A stretch of DNA of 44,137 nt from Macrostomum lignano (lineage: Eukaryota). The number at the start of each line of letters is the position of its first letter. Within the stretch, counting starts at the first letter, position 1. The DNA is taken from assembly GCA_002269645.1 (NCBI GenBank), contig NIVC01004496.1:1-44137 (forward strand), read 5' to 3'. The notes under the pieces are model-generated. The model made no database searches and had not been told where the DNA came from. It was given only the letters and a program-made list of their open reading frames with translations. This document shows positions 13,975 to 24,324 of this stretch, piece by piece. The translations under genes and the position numbers were made by a program.

Positions 13975-14455
13975 CCAGCATTGAATTCTTGCATCTGGCA
14001 TATAAAATGGAAAATTGCAACTTTTTTTTGGTGTGCAATTCCATACTGTAAGCAAATGCAATTTTTACAATCTTAAACAAAATTTAGTGGCACAATTTTT
14101 AGCATTACCAATTGTCAAAATAATGTTTTGCAATAGCCTCATACTTTCATTTTTTGACAACTCGTTACGATAAATATTAGACTGATTATCTTTGTTTTTT
14201 TAAGTAGAAAATTTTAAATTTGAACAGTTTGTAAATAATGAGCTATTAAATGATACGTTTTTTGTAGTAATTCTACATTTAATACAGTAAAGCCAGTAAT
14301 TTAAACTGTGCAAACAGTCGCAAAATAATTCACAATTTTTGTCACATTTTTTGCAGCCTGTACAGGTGTGCAATTTTTTTTGTGTTGCGCAATTTTTTGC
14401 ATTTTTTCCCAAATGCAAAAATGTGTTGCAATTTTCATGCAAGAATCCATCCTGG
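13975..14455. mobile_element. 481-bp MITE, CCAGGATGGA-type TIR, 8-bp TSD
   Basis: Ends CCAGCATTGAATTCTTGCAT and ATGCAAGAATCCATCCTGG; flanking direct repeat TAGGTAAC at 13967-13974 and 14456-14463. Confidence 0.85.
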
Positions 14456-14573
14456 TAGGTAACTGCTTCCAATCAATCTAGCAACAAGATGATCTAGTGA
14501 CAGACAATCTAGATTCTAGACAATTATATTTAATAGGCCTATTAATTCCAATATACTAAAAATGGTCTGTCGG

Positions 14574-14603
14574 TATGTGTGTGTGTGTATGTGTGTGTGT
14601 GTG
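14574..14603. repeat. (TG)n microsatellite in the Helitron-like head
   Basis: tatgtgtgtgtgtgtatgtgtgtgtgtgtg. Confidence 0.9.
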
Positions 14604-15100
14604 ATCGATTTTAGCAAAAACGGCTCAACCGATTTTCTTCGAACTTGCACTGTTCGATCAGAAATTTTCCCGTGACAGTACATGCATCGTGGCTAAGAAA
14701 TTGCTTGATGCTAAAGGGATTAAATATTCGAAAAACATGCTTTTTTGCAAAGGTCAAGCAGCTCTTTCGACTTGAAATGCATCAAAAGAATGCTAGCAGA
14801 AAAACTGACTGGTTGAATTCTGATTCTGAAATAGATTGCATCACAATACACTTTATTTATCGTCTGTGTACTGGCTGAATTTGACACTCAATTGAATTGC
14901 GTCACAGCTTTGAGTGTGAAAGCATAGCGCAGTACTGAATTTATATTACGTAACCATATTGTAAACTTTCATAGACACTGGTACTGACTTGCCTAAGAAA
15001 TTGATTATGTCATAACTGCTTCGTGAGACTTTTTACTCTACCTGACTTGGTGTGAGTGTTGAATTATATAAGTGGTACAACATCACTGATAACTTCGATG

Positions 15101-15165
15101 AGAGCTAGCCTAGAGCTGAACAGACCAGACTGCTAATGCAGCGACCTAGGTTCGAATCTAAGTAG
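15101..15165 (+). other. tRNA-like (SINE-head-like) fragment
   Basis: TAGCCTAG (A-box-like), GACTGCTAAT (anticodon-loop-like) and GGTTCGAATC (B box); the acceptor stem does not form. Confidence 0.3.
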
Positions 15166-15232
15166 TTTAAAAGTAGTAGTGTAAATTTTTTTATTAAAAG
15201 GTTTTATTAAAGGACTAAATAAAAACACTTAG

Positions 15233-16842
15233 ATTACTGCACTCGATAAGCCAAGGATTATTGCTATTAATAAACCAAGGACTACTGCACTCGATAAACC
15301 AAGGACTATTGCTCTTGGCAAACCAAAGATTACTGCACTTGATTAATCAAGGATTATTGCTATTAATAAACCAAGGATTACGGCACTTGGAAAACCAAGG
15401 ATTACTGCACTCGATAAACCAAGGACTATTGCTCTTGGCAAACCAAAGATTACTGCACTTGATTAATCAAGGATTATTGCTATTAATAAACCAAGGATTA
15501 CGGCACTTGGAAAACCAAGGATTACTGCACTCGATAAACCAAGGATTATTGCTCTTGGCAAACCAAGGATTATTGCATTTGATAGGCCAAGGATTACTGC
15601 ACATGATAAACCAAGGATTATTGCACTTGATAGGCCAAAGATTACTGCGCTAGATAAACCAAGAATTATTGCACTTGATAAACCAAGGATTATTGCACTT
15701 GATAAGCCAAGGATTATTGCACTTGATAGGCCAAGGATTACTGCGCTTGATAAACCAAGGATTATTGCACTTGATAAACCAAGGATTATTGCAGTTGATA
15801 AGCCAAGGATTATTGCACTTGATAAACCAAGGATTATTGCACTTGATAAACCAAGGATTATTGCACTTGATAAACCAAGGATTATTTCACTTGATAAACC
15901 AAGGATTATTGCACTTGATAAACAAATATTGCACTTGATAAACCAAGGATTATTGCACCTGATAAGCCAAGGATTACTGCGCTAGATAAACCAAGGATTA
16001 TTGCACTTGATAAGCCAAGGATTATTGCACTTGATAAGCCAAGGATTACTGCACTTGGAAAACTAAGGATTACTGCACTCGATAAACCAAGGATTATTGC
16101 TCTTGGCAAACCAAGGATTACTGCACTCGATAAGCCAAGGATTATTGCTCTTAATAAACCAAGGATTACTGCACTTGGAAAACTAAGGATTACTGCACTC
16201 GATAAACCAAGGATTATTGCTCTTGGCAAACCAAGGATTATTGCACTTGATAGGCCAAGGATTACTGCACTTGATAAACCAAGGATTATTGCACTTGATA
16301 GGCCAAAGATTACTGCGCTAGATAAACCAAGGATTATTGCACTTGATAAACCAAGAATTATTGCACTTGATAAGCCAAGGATTATTGCACTTGATAGGCC
16401 AAGGATTACTGCGCTTGATAAACCAAGGATTATTGCAGTTGATAAGCCAAGGATTATTTCACTTGATAAACCAAGGATTATTTCACTTGATAAACCAAGG
16501 ATTATTGCACTTGATAAACAAATATTGCACTTGATAAACCAAGGATTATTGCACCTGATAAGCCAAGGATTACTGCGCTAGATAAACCAAGGATTATTGC
16601 ACTTGATAAACCAAGGATTATTGCACTTAATAAACCAAGGATTATTGCACTTGATAAACCAAGGATTATTGCACTTGATAAACAAAGGATTATTGCACTT
16701 GATAAACCAAGGATTATTGCACTTGATAAGCCAAAGATTACTGCACTTGATAAACCAAGGATTATTGCACTTGATAAACCAAGGATTATTGCACTTGATT
16801 AATCAAGGATTATTGCTATTAATAAACCAAGGATTATTGCAC
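15233..16842. repeat. 24-bp minisatellite, ~67 units (ATTATTGCACTTGATAAACCAAGG), with ~5 diverged units continuing to ~16965
   Basis: Directly visible. It produces the LLHLINQG and LGLSSAII ORFs in the track. Confidence 0.97.
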
Positions 16843-16974
16843 TAGCTGAGAAGCTGATTACTGCGCTGTCTAAAAAAGAGATTATTACGCTCGCTGAGAC
16901 GTGGATTGTTGCACAACCTGAGAAAGCGATTATTGCATTAGCGGAAGTAACATTTGCACTAGCTACTTGCTGTC

Positions 16975-17700
16975 TCGTGGATGCTTGCTCTCGAGGGGGA
17001 TACTTGCTATTTGGGATAGGGGGTACTGGCTACATGCATGGGATTCTTTCTATCCAGGGATGCTTGCTATTTAGGGATTCTTGCTATCTGCAGGATGCTT
17101 GCTATTTAGGGATTCTTGCTATCTGCAGGATGCTTGCTATTTAGGGATTCTTGCTATCTGCAGGATGCTTGCTATCTGGGTGGATGCTTCTATAATATCT
17201 GGGGGGTCATACATGCGCAACAGTCGGCCGAGTCGGCCGATCCGGCCGACCGATTTGGCGGCCAACCAAGGAAGTCGCAAAAATGCCCACCCGAAAAAAT
17301 ACCCAAGTAGTAGTACTAAGTAGCTGACGAGTCATTTTGGCTTAATAATACAGTCATAGTTACTCCTGCCGTTTACCCAAAGCTGCGTTAATTTTGCTTT
17401 AGGGTTTTTTTACATGTAAGTCGCATTTTTGGCCAAAAACTACGTCGCATTTTTGTTAAAACTAAGTCGCACGGCTGACCGAATTTTGGAGGTTGCACAT
17501 GTATGTGGGGGGTGCTTGCTATCTGCAGGATGCTTCTATAATATCTGGGGGGTGCTTGCTATCTGCAGAATGCTTGCTATCTGGGTGGATGCTTCTATAA
17601 TATCTGGGGGTGCTTGCTAATCTGCAGATGCTTGCTATCTGTGGTGATTCTTGCTATGAGCATTAGAGGATGCTTGCTATCTGCGATTGTTCACTTTTGG
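16975..17700. repeat. ~35-bp tandem repeat built from 17/18-bp GAT(G/T)CTTGCTAT subunits, interrupted by a MITE
   Basis: ggatgcttgctatttagggattcttgctatctgca repeated at 17059-17165; variants at 17514-17700. Confidence 0.85.
17208..17505. mobile_element. 298-bp MITE with 14-bp TIR and 8-bp TSD (hAT/P-like class)
   Basis: CATACATGCGCAAC ... GTTGCACATGTATG (13/14 match); TSD TGGGGGGT at 17200-17207 and 17506-17513; an uninterrupted sister unit TATAATATCTGGGGGGTGCTTG lies at ~17537. Confidence 0.9.
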
Positions 17701-18444
17701 AGGGGGTTGCTTGCTGTCTTGGGAATATTTTCTATTTAGGGAAACAATATTTTGTTGACTGTTTGTTAATTTTAGAGAAAAAGTGATTTTTTAATTTTGC
17801 AAACATCTTAGTCCGTGACAATTTTACACAAATAAGGTGATTTTTAAAATGTGAAGAAGGAATTAGTGTTTAAGAAAATGTGTTTTTTATTGTTTTCCAT
17901 GAACTATTTTTGCTCCTTTCTTATTGGGCGCCCCGAAGGGGGGCCGCACTAGATTGCTAGTAATGTATCTAATTGTACAAATAGAGTGTGGCCCTCAGTC
18001 AAAATAAAGAACATATCAATTTAATATAGTTTCCATTTTTATCAATATAATTATTATAATAAAACAAGCTATTAAAACCCAAACATTTTAAACCTACTAA
18101 ATTCCTATCCTTGACCTTGAAACTACTTTTGCATATTTTTCTCTAAAAATAAATTATTATTATTATCAATAACAATTAATAGTAATTTTCAATGTAAGGT
18201 ATATTGTTTGAGAAAAGCCAAGAAATGAAAGCAAAAACAAATATTCACATTTTTTCTTTAATAATACCAAATTACAATTTATTAGGCCTAATCTTCGCAT
18301 GACATGTTTTGCCAAACAATTGGCATCTTTAGGCAATAATATAGATGCAGAGACATAGTAAATTTTTAAAGTCTAGTAAGCCAAAATGATGCAAGTATGG
18401 ATAGCAAAGTTAGATGGCTCTAAATAAAAGACAAGCACATGGGG

Positions 18445-20044
18445 TCAGAACACCCTATAGACACTCACCCCTCTACCACCAAGTTGGATATTTATGGTAG
18501 GCTTTAGCTGTTTAATGTACAATGCCTCAAGAGTAGGCAACTTTATACTCTGGCAGTTACAATCAATAATTTCAAATTTTGTAGCATATCTAACTTTAGT
18601 GCATTGGTTGCACATTAGAAGGTAGTCAGTCATATACAGTGCTAAACATTTTCCTTGGTGTCTATTTTCTTGTTCATTTTCCTGTTCAAGAATTCCTTAA
18701 TTTCAGTCTCAACCAGCTAGTTGGGATAGTTGTTCAATCTAAAGATCTGTTTCATCTGAGTCAGCTCCTTATGTAGCACAAGCTACACACACAGTAAGCC
18801 CGGTGCAGCAAACCACAAATCAAACCAACCTTCCAAGAGTTAGGGCAAATGGCATGGTAGTTGAGCAATAGGCTCAGTAAACATTTTCTTGTGGTTCTTG
18901 ACAGACGTTTCAAGGTTGCTGCCATTGTGGTAAGAAGTGACATCAAGAAAGTTTAAAATTTTTTCACCAATCTTAGCCAAGATGGAATTTTTGTACAAAA
19001 TCCTAGACGCATTTCGTGCGCGCTAACAAAAACTTGCGCACTTGTGCCCACATTTCTAGCAAAATTGCGCAACTTTAAAAAGCTTACCTGCGTGCAGCTT
19101 AATATTCTAAGAAATCTTGCATAGTTTCATTTAAATTTTGAATATTGCACTTGTTACAGTAAAACAAAGTTATTGCAAATTTAAAAACAAAGCTACTGGG
19201 AACTACATTAAACAAAAAAGAATAATATTGTTTATTATTAAAGATTTATTTAAGCTTTAATAAAACATTGTAAAAAAGTTGCTGAGAAATTCAAGTGGCA
19301 AAAAAATTGTGCATGTATAGGTAAAAAACTTATGCAAAAAATTGCACGCAACTTTTTGTTCCAAACTTGTCATGCAAAGATTCCATCCTGGAATCTTAGC
19401 AGTGAATTTTGTTAGGATAGGTATTGTTAATGATATTCAGGAATTCAGTATATGGGCTTGCTTTGGTGTTGAAGATAGCAAATGTGTCATCTATTTAGCA
19501 GTGGTACACCAGGGGGGCACAGGGGCACTTCAGCCATTTAGCTTCTTAATGGGCAATGCAGAGGTTCGCAAGCATTGGTGCAAGGGACTACCCATAGCTC
19601 AGCCATCCATCTGCCTGTAGAGGTGCTCACAATATATGAACAGGCCATTAGTACTAAACCTAAGCAACTTACGGAAAATATCCTCACTAAAAGGAATATG
19701 TATAGGAGAGTCTTCATAGTAAACATATCTATAGGCTAGGTTGATTGCAAAATCAATGGGAACATTTGTAAATAGCAATTTGATGTCAAAGCTAATCATA
19801 GTCTAGTCATTAGTCAATTTAAAGTTCTTAGTTATCCAATGAATGGGCAATGGCAGGCAAACAAGTTTCTCTGCTTGTCAATAACTTTGCTGACTATATA
19901 CTTTTTGTTTGTGTACGCACTCAACTCAAAGAAGAGTGGAACCCAGTGTGCTGGGATTCCATGGGCCTGATCTTCAGCATGGTAGATGCATGCTGTTTTT
20001 TGGAGAAAATGCTCACAGGCTTTGCTACCCATAGGAAGCAGCAT
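18445..20044 (-). pseudogene. Decayed Penelope-like retroelement (RT + C-terminal part of GIY-YIG endonuclease)
   Basis: Minus-strand motifs in PLE order: SFDIKLLFTNVP, YRQMDG*AMGSPL, YHC*IDDTFAIF, KFTAKIGEKILNFLDV, KVGLICGLLHRAYCVCS, NNYP, LEALYIKQLKPTINIQ. Stops and frameshifts are present. Confidence 0.88.
18977..19391. mobile_element. 415-bp MITE with the same TIR type as 13975-14455, inserted in the Penelope RT
   Basis: CCAAGATGGAATTTTT ... AAAGATTCCATCCTGG; TSD AATCTTAG at 18969-18976 and 19392-19399. Confidence 0.88.
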
Positions 20045-20430
20045 CTATACTAGCTTGGCTCACAAAACTGCCCTCCCTGCTGTTGCTACAAGTGCATGGT
20101 GGCATAAAATGACTCCACAATAGCTTATTTTATTGCTACATATATTTTCCCAATCTGGGTGTTAATAGCATCAGATTGTCACACTGCAATGCTTTGTATC
20201 TCTTTGAATAGATCCTAACTTTCTTTCTTTGTAGACTTCTCTGAACTGCCTTTAAAAAGATTCTTGAAAATGTATAACTTTATTTTCAACATTCAATTCT
20301 AAGAAGGATTGTAGTTTAAACTGCTTAGGACTTAACTTAATTAGCAATTTAGTCAATAGCAAGTTGGTTTTATTTGCAGCAAAATTGTTCCTATATATAG
20401 TCATTTCCCCCAATACATTGGGAGCACGCG

Positions 20431-20922
20431 AATTACCTGCAGACAAATTGCCCGCTGAGATTTGCCCACAGGAGATTTGCTCATCAAGATTTGTTTGCCA
20501 AGCTTTTTCCACCAAGATTTACCCATAGTGCAATTTGCCCACGAGTGAATTGTCTGTTGAGTTTTTTTCCCACCAAGGTTTGCCCACAATGCTTTTTCCT
20601 GCAACATATTTGGCAGCTGGATTCTGTCTATAATGCTCCCCCCCCCCAAAAAAAAATATGTAGTTACTATCAAAACATTTTGATTGGATAAATCTTTTTA
20701 TTAAAACTTATTACATTGGGGAGGCAATGCATACAGACAAAATCTGCTGCAAGGCCAAATGCACTAGAAGAAAAAAACATTGCGGGCAAACCTCAGCAGG
20801 CAAATTCACTTATGGGCAAATCTCAATGGGCAATTTACTCAAGGGAAAATTCATTGCAGGCAAATCTTGGCAGGAAAAGCTTTGTGGGCAAATATTGGCA
20901 GGCAATTCATCTACAGGCAATT
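20431..20922. repeat. Degenerate inverted repeat (~210-bp arms of GGGCAAAT-like motifs, ~65-bp spacer), foldback-like
   Basis: GTTTGCCCACAATGCTTTTTCC (20578) pairs with GAAAAAAACATTGCGGGCAAAC (20770); GATTCTGTCTATA pairs with ATACAGACAAAATC. Confidence 0.65.
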
Positions 20923-21187
20923 CTCATGGACTGCTATACATTTAAAACAAAAAAGTGCAAAGAATGCATAAAAATGATAAGGCAAATTTTTAAGCAATAG
21001 AAAAGCATTGATATTGCATAATTGTCACACCAAAGCTGTCTGCTTGTAAGAATCAAGCAGATACCATTAAAGGGCCACCAAATTTTGGGGTTTAAATTTA
21101 CAATATAATTTTTACTCTCAGTAGTATTGAAATCAATAAGTATTCCAGAAGTTGTTTAGAGATAACAGTGTTTAAAAATGTGTTTGC

Positions 21188-22909
21188 TTAAGCCGATTTT
21201 GCTGCACCAGTTTCCATAGCAACTACATTAGGATGGACAACCTTGGTACTCTTTTTGCCACAGCACAATTGGCCACTATTGCTCAGAATAAATTTCTCGC
21301 CATCGGCGATTGTCTCGGGCAGATCCTGACCCACAGTCTCTGGCAGGAAGTAGATCACTAGGCAGGCAAGCAGCGGTCCAATGCCAAATATCACAAATGG
21401 CAATGGCCCCCATACTGAGCGCAGCGGCAGCATCTGGGTGCTCAGGATGGCGCCAACCCTGGCCATAGTTGAGCCTGAGCCAACACCGACGCTGCGAATC
21501 ACAGTTGGATACATTTCGCTGTAGTAGAGCCACACGCAGTCAAAGGCGACTGTGATGCTTAACTTGCTTAGAACTGCCAGTGCCACGTTTGCTGCCGCAC
21601 TGCCAGACACTGACTGATCGAACACCGCCACCATGACTGCCAAGAATACGGCCGATAAGGCGAATGAAACATAGAGTACAGGCTTGCGTCCAATGCGGCA
21701 GATTGACAGTAGCATGCCGAGGAATCTGGCTGGCAATTCAACTGCCGATACGAGAACCACATTTAGAAATACGTCTCCGCCGATTGAGTCCCCAGCCAAG
21801 CTGATGCCAAAGTAGGTCATGGAGGCCGCGAACCAGTGCAGCCAACTTAGCAGAGTCGCTCTGCGCAGTCCCGGCGTTCGAAACAGATTTAAGAGGTTGC
21901 CGCCCGTGCGAATTTCGGATCCGGTATTCATTGACGCGACTGCCCGCTGCTCGTGCAGGTAGATCTCCTCGGCGCTGAAGTCTGCTGGCAATTTGTCGGC
22001 TGTTCTATTTAGACGGGCAACCCGCGCAATGACAGAATCGGCTCGTTCTACTCTGCCAGCTGAGATCAACCAGCGGGCCGATTCGCCAGATATCAGCAGG
22101 AGCAAATAGAGCGGCAAACTTGTTGCGCACAGCCACAGCAGCTGGGCCTGATAGTTTCGCTCCAAATAGGCAACCAGAGTTACCGTGAATACGCCAAGTG
22201 ACCAGCCCTGGTTGACGGTAAAGCCCCACACCAGTCTGTGCGCAGAGTCCGTACACTCGATGGTAGCCGAGTAAAGCACACTAAGCATGCCGCCTGTACC
22301 AAAGCCAGCTAGCACCATCGCTACAGCGTATAGCCAGTACACTGGAGACAGTGCCGCCAGAGCAGTTGCAAGTGTCAGATTGGCCATGCTTACCAGAGAG
22401 GCTGGTAGCCGGCCGAACCTGTCGCCAAATAGACCGTATAGGCTTGCTCCTAGAAGGAATCCGGCAAAATAGCCGGTAGCAGCCAGGTCGGCAAGGTAAC
22501 TGTTGTCGCAAACTAAGCGAAACCTACTTGCTATTGTTTCCGTAAAGACTGACCTGTCGAATGTCCAGTCGATGCATTGCAATGTAGCTACATTGCCGCC
22601 AGGCACATTAGTGCAGTTAACCAGCACGCGGCACTCATCCTCCGTAGCTTCTGCCGACCAACAGCTGCTTATAAGTTCGTTGCCAACCGTTGAGTTGATG
22701 TCGCACTGGTGCTTCATCAGCGAGGACTTGGCGAATGCGTTTGACAGCGTAACCATACCAGGGAAGGCTTGGACAAAGCAGAGACATGCCAGCAGCAGTA
22801 TCTGGTAGGGACCTCTGGGCCCCAGTAGGCCCACCAGGTCTTCAAAAGTTCTGGGTCGGCATTCCGAATCTTCGGATTTCTTCTCTACGTTTGAATCGTT
22901 TTCCGTCAT
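21188..22909 (-). CDS. SLC22: SLC22-family organic cation/anion transporter (MFS), single exon, 573 aa
   Basis: FEDLVGLLGPRGPYQ, Cys-containing loop 1 with W..LVC, GDRFGRLP, ESARWL, YFGISL, ELPA, EMYPTVIRSVGVG..ARVG, LPETVGQDLPETI; multiple hydrophobic segments. Confidence 0.95.
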   Translation of the reverse strand: MTENDSNVEKKSEDSECRPRTFEDLVGLLGPRGPYQILLLACLCFVQAFPGMVTLSNAFAKSSLMKHQCDINSTVGNELISSCWSAEATEDECRVLVNCTNVPGGNVATLQCIDWTFDRSVFTETIASRFRLVCDNSYLADLAATGYFAGFLLGASLYGLFGDRFGRLPASLVSMANLTLATALAALSPVYWLYAVAMVLAGFGTGGMLSVLYSATIECTDSAHRLVWGFTVNQGWSLGVFTVTLVAYLERNYQAQLLWLCATSLPLYLLLLISGESARWLISAGRVERADSVIARVARLNRTADKLPADFSAEEIYLHEQRAVASMNTGSEIRTGGNLLNLFRTPGLRRATLLSWLHWFAASMTYFGISLAGDSIGGDVFLNVVLVSAVELPARFLGMLLSICRIGRKPVLYVSFALSAVFLAVMVAVFDQSVSGSAAANVALAVLSKLSITVAFDCVWLYYSEMYPTVIRSVGVGSGSTMARVGAILSTQMLPLRSVWGPLPFVIFGIGPLLACLVIYFLPETVGQDLPETIADGEKFILSNSGQLCCGKKSTKVVHPNVVAMETGAAKSA

Positions 22910-23759
22910 GGCTCTTTTTGGGCTTGCAATGCTTTCGATTTGGACAATCGAGTCGACAGTTTTATACTTTAATTACTTGTGGCCAATGTTTAACACACCC
23001 CTCGCTTGTCTGTTGTCTTATCTGGACTTATCTGGCCGAGAAAGTTTGTTTTATTCGTCTTTAGCTTTTTTCGGATCGGTGGCAATAAAGTCTTGCTAGT
23101 GCAAGATCTAGTTATCGCTGATACGATTAGGCAGCATATTTTGCATGAATTCAACTTAAAAGTAGTACATCTGTGAGAAGAATTTGAGGTTGTGCTCTAG
23201 ACAGCTAAATAAAGTATTATTTGACGCAAATCTGTTTAAGTGCTTCATTCATTACTCTCTATGCTGGCAGTCATCATATACTCAGCAACATTAAAAAGTC
23301 GCCACCCTTTACCCCAGTGGGCAGTGTCTTTCGACCAGCGTCTATCTCCTTGCCAACCATTTTGATATTAAAAAATGCTTGAAAAAACAATGAAAACCGG
23401 GCGGAAGCTTCAATCTATCCAATCTTCGCCCTCCGCTCTTCCCAATCCCTCCTCACCCAGCTCAACTCTGCGTCGCGTGGCGCAAGTTGCTTCACTCAAA
23501 AGTCAATAATAAACTATAATTTACTGCGCACTCTCAAAGGTGGTGACTTTCTAATGTTGTTGAGTACAGCTGTACGGCTCGTAGTTTGATTTTTATCTCT
23601 GTTGGAGATTAACCGATATTTTTGGTTCTAACGGTATGGCTAGCAATAATATCACATTTTGAATTAGTTCAAGCTTCATTGCTAATAAGTAGGTTTGCGT
23701 GTTCTAGGCATGTGCTCATAGACTGCAGACAATGAAATAGCATCTGTAATATTTCTGCA
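22910..23759. promoter_or_regulatory. Candidate bidirectional promoter / 5' UTR interval between divergent genes
   Basis: Only 850 bp separate the SLC22 ATG (-) from the orphan-gene ATG (+). Confidence 0.4.
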
Positions 23760-24212
23760 ATGTCTTCCTCGCTGCCAACTGCGCTGCAGCCGGGAGCAGG
23801 AGTTCAACGATCACAGACGCCTGCGGCGGCTTCTTCGTGCGCGTCAACAAGCGGTGACAGTTCGCTGGCATCGAGCTCGGCTCAGGATGAACTGGATACG
23901 CTGGATTCTGAGGCGTGCTTATCGGAATTCTACAATTGCGTCAACACCTCGCTAATGCAGTACTGCTTAGGCTGTTGCAACAGCCATGGCTTCGTTATCA
24001 AATCTGGCAAGAGCCTCAGGTGGCGCAGGCAGATTCGAAATCGAATTGAGCGTCGGATTTATCGCCTAATCGGACAGCGACCGGACTTGAGCGCCGAGGC
24101 TGTTGCTCGGGCGTTCGGCATGGCCTGCGCCAGGTCCACCGCCGAAATCGCCGACCGGCTAGGCGGCCGAGGCTGGACCTCCGAGAGGGTGTCACAGGCG
24201 CTTAACCAGATG
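23760..24212 (+). CDS. Orphan gene exon 1 (151 aa)
   Basis: GC-rich ORF from ATG; donor ATG|GTAAGG at 24213, phase 0. Confidence 0.75.
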
Positions 24213-24324
24213 GTAAGGTTTGGGCCATGATTTATGACTTGTAGCCAGTGTATTAGATTTTGGCGTTTTCGGGGAAGTTTTTCTCAGGTCTTTGGTCAAA
24301 AAATAAGTTGGAGAATTTGGATTT

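Larger units (their letters stand above)
14546..17960 (+). mobile_element. Probable non-autonomous Helitron (~3.4 kb) with internal tandem arrays
   Basis: 5' end A|TTCCAATATACTAAAAATGGTCTGTC-(TG)n-..AACGGCTCAACCGATTTT resembles invertebrate Helitron heads. GC hairpin GGCGCCCCGAAGGGGGGCC at 17927-17945 lies 11 nt before CTAG|T (17957-17961). No RepHel ORF. That both ends belong to one element is inferred. Confidence 0.65.

Noticed and set aside
14200-14472. Cys-rich zinc-finger-like ORF
   Set aside because: Falls almost entirely within the TTGCA-rich MITE; Cys codons come from that motif.
15261-16845. LLHLINQG leucine-rich repeat ORFs
   Set aside because: Interrupted by stops and a 4-nt deletion; variation in this frame falls on first codon positions.
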